NCBI RefSeq assembly: GCF_041146345.1
Contig: NW_027191409.1
Coordinates: 372,001-436,000, forward strand
Length of the DNA: 64,000 nt
Source: Neodothiora populina
Taxonomy: Eukaryota
Direction: 5' to 3'
This document shows positions 61,437 to 64,000 of the stretch, in pieces. The translations under genes and the position numbers were made by a program. Every line of letters starts with the position of its first letter. The stretch's first letter is position 1. The notes under the pieces were generated by a model. That model searched no databases, was not told where the DNA came from, and saw only the letters and a program-made list of their open reading frames with translations.

Positions 61437-62408
61437 ATGGGCCCTTGGCTGGCTCGATTTCTTGATTTCGACCTCGACACGTACTTGAACCCTTACCTCC
61501 CACATTCTCGATTGTCGCGGCTCCCTGAACCGATATCTCGCTGGCTCGGATATCGCAATGAAGACTACAAGGAACGTCCTGTTCTGCTCGTTTGTGCGTG
61601 GTCCTTTGTCGGAACGTTGGCTAGTCTTTTACTTGTTGGTGCTTTGTACCGCTATGCCCCAGGACTCACGAAATACAAGCCTCCTGTCATCATAGCCAGC
61701 TTGGTATGTTGAGACCCAGTCGAGCCGTGTCGTGCCATCTGAGAAATGTCACTGACCGACATGCAGGGGGCTTCAGCGATACTAGACTTCAACGCAATCC
61801 GGACCCCACTAGCTCAGCCTCGTAATGCATTCTTCGGTCAAACGCTGTCTGCACTCGTTGGCGTTGCCATCGCCAAAGGTTTCCAGCGTAGTTCCGACTT
61901 CGATAATTTGCAGTGGATAGCTGGGGCAGTATGCTGTGCTGTCGCATCGATAGTAATGTCTATCACGGGTACCGTTCATCCGCCAGGAGGAGCTACTGCT
62001 GTTCTCGCAGCCACGAATGCGGAGATAATCCGGATGGGTTGGATATATATTCCTTTCATCATGCTCAGTTCGGCGCTGATGCTCACCGTGGCTTTATTGA
62101 TCAACAACATCCAGAGAAGCTATCCCGTGTACTGGTGGACAGCTAGAGATCTCAAGAAGCCGAAAGACCTGGGTGATCTGGAGAAGGTGGATTCGAATGA
62201 TAGTGCGAAGGCGTTGCGCAAAGCCTCGTCTACTGTCTCGTCTAGGTGTGGAGGCGCGGAGACTATATCCATTAGTGCTCATCATATATATTGGCCAGAT
62301 AGTCTACAGATTAGCGACGAGCAATTTGTCATGCTTCAGAGGTTACAGGCGGAGTTGCGGCATGGGTTGGCTTTGGACGAGAGGCCTTCAGTGTCAGGAC
62401 AACATTAA
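61437..62408 (+). CDS. HPP-family membrane protein, 2 exons (intron ~61704-61767)
   Basis: IIASL/GASAIL, PLAQPRN, TGTVHPPGGATA. Confidence 0.9.
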
Positions 62409-63568
62409 GACAGTAATCAAGCTCCTATGCTCGCGGAAGGATGTGATCGGACGGGAGTGTGTTTCGTAGATCTAATAACAGAGAAACTAAAAGAATGCTA
62501 GTCATGACACGCAGCAAACAATATATATCTCACCGAGCAACACAGACAGCGAGACAATATCTTGAATTGTGGCTCTGGGAGGCGCTGTAGACACACGTGA
62601 TCTGAATCAGATGGAAGCTTAGAGTTCCCGATTCCATCTAGTCTCGGGTTCGGAAAGCTGTCGCCGTGTTATGTTGCACACTATAAGTATATCTCGGCAG
62701 GTGTGATGATTTACTGTAGATCTTTAGTTGTGCACAAATGTCAGAGGTACAGTGCTACTGTGGTGCTGGCGTGCCGAATAGCAAAGAGGTAGCCAGCCAC
62801 ATCGAGGCGCGAAAGGGAGGCGGATGCAGGGATAGAGTTTGCGCGGGTCCGCCGCACTGCATTAGCGTTTCCGCGGTAGCTAAAAGTACCTCACTCTATA
62901 ATCCCCGTTGTGCATCAGACTCGAGACCTTTCGGACATTCCACCAGGGACCTGCGTTGTTGTTCGAGAGAGACACAAATTCTGACTCGCGACGCAAGAAG
63001 GTCATCGCGGATGGTCTGCGCAGAGCGCAACAGATCAACATGGCTTAGTAAAGAAAAGAAGCCGATGAATCAGTGACGATGACCGGAGATGCCGAAGAGC
63101 GCCATGTCGTATCAATGTTCAAGACAGGTAACTGTATTGGGCGCACTGTGAGATTGGAATCGTCATGGAGGAACTACGTCGGCGCCGGGTGATCTGTCCT
63201 GTCGTGCTACACTCGAGCCAAGACGCAGCTCGCCCAGCCACCTGCCACTTGCGCAAGCATAAGTAGTGGGGAATGGTAAATGTACGAAATCAGTTTGTCG
63301 ATTTGGACGCACTATTGTTTGCGATAGATCGGTGGAGGATGACTTGGGTACGACTTCTACGATAGAGCTGGGGTCGAGTACAAGCAACTGTTGTAGCTTC
63401 TCGCTTTCTCTCTCACGTGTAAGTGCCCACGTCTGGTTCAGAATGCAACGATGTTCCCCTGAGACAGCGGCACAGCGGAGTATCCGTTGAACGTTGGTCT
63501 TTAGCCTGTGGGACAAGTGTACTGTCCAAGGTGCAGACGGCCGGCTCATGGTCGAGGGTGGGTTTGTG

Positions 63569-63591
63569 GAGAGAGAGAGAGAGAGAGAGAG
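63569..63591. repeat. (GA)n microsatellite
   Basis: about 11 GA units. Confidence 0.85.
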
Positions 63592-64000
63592 CAGGGCAAG
63601 GATAAGGAGAGCTAGCTATCTACTGTAGTTTCTGTCAGCGGCCCAGCGTGTGTCAACGGGCGCGACTGTCAATGGGTTGTTCTTGCTGCACACATGTATG
63701 CGATCTGAAATTTGGGTAAGCGATCTTTGAGTAGGGCTTGCAAGCTTGATTGGACGCTTGGAGAAGTAATTTGGACGAGCCGAGATACGTTTCTGCTAGC
63801 GGCACAAACATACTCGAGCGTGGCTCGCTAGTTCTCCCGAGCCTCCTATCGACAAGGGCAAAACACGACTACCTTTTAGGCCATCTATCTTAGTGCTTTA
63901 GTGCTGGACCTTAACTCATCCAACGCTTCTCCTGCTTCCTGTCAAAGTGGACGTGCTACTGTACTCGTACCGCAATAGGTGCCTGTGCTTGCTGTCTCTA

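Noticed and set aside
62500..64000. Short ORFs at the right end of the window
   Set aside because: No recognisable motifs or paralogy; probably intergenic or UTR of a gene outside the window

Overview
Gene-dense eukaryotic DNA from a filamentous ascomycete (Pezizomycotina; short GT..AG introns with CTRAC/CTAAY branch sites, intron-containing tRNAs). About 18 recognisable genes: RFX transcription factor, glutathione synthetase, SNF2/ATRX-like ATPase, membrane protein, GH43, MFS transporter, hotdog-fold dehydratase, Ser/Thr kinase, HSF, LIN1, UFD1, CorA Mg transporter, SPC1, RBX1, PNRC/Edc1-like protein, cyclin H, eRF1, AVT1-like transporter and an HPP protein, plus three tRNA genes. Two gene-poor accessory islands interrupt them (about 18.6-26 kb and 41.6-47 kb). 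Main observations: (1) a tandem, co-oriented cluster of at least four highly diverged, intronless small ORFs sharing MC-x8/9-C-x-H-x7/9-C-x18/26-C-xn-CxxC, a putative uncharacterised metal-binding microprotein family; (2) the eRF1 gene has a leaky UGA-CAA stop, an open readthrough frame and a 3'UTR intron, the layout of readthrough/NMD autoregulation; (3) the 1467-codon SNF2 frame is intact apart from two in-frame TGA codons; (4) a dispersed 11/22-bp periodic satellite; (5) single-base frameshifts at homopolymers in HSF and the kinase, probably assembly errors. All family calls come from motif recognition by eye; no database search was run.
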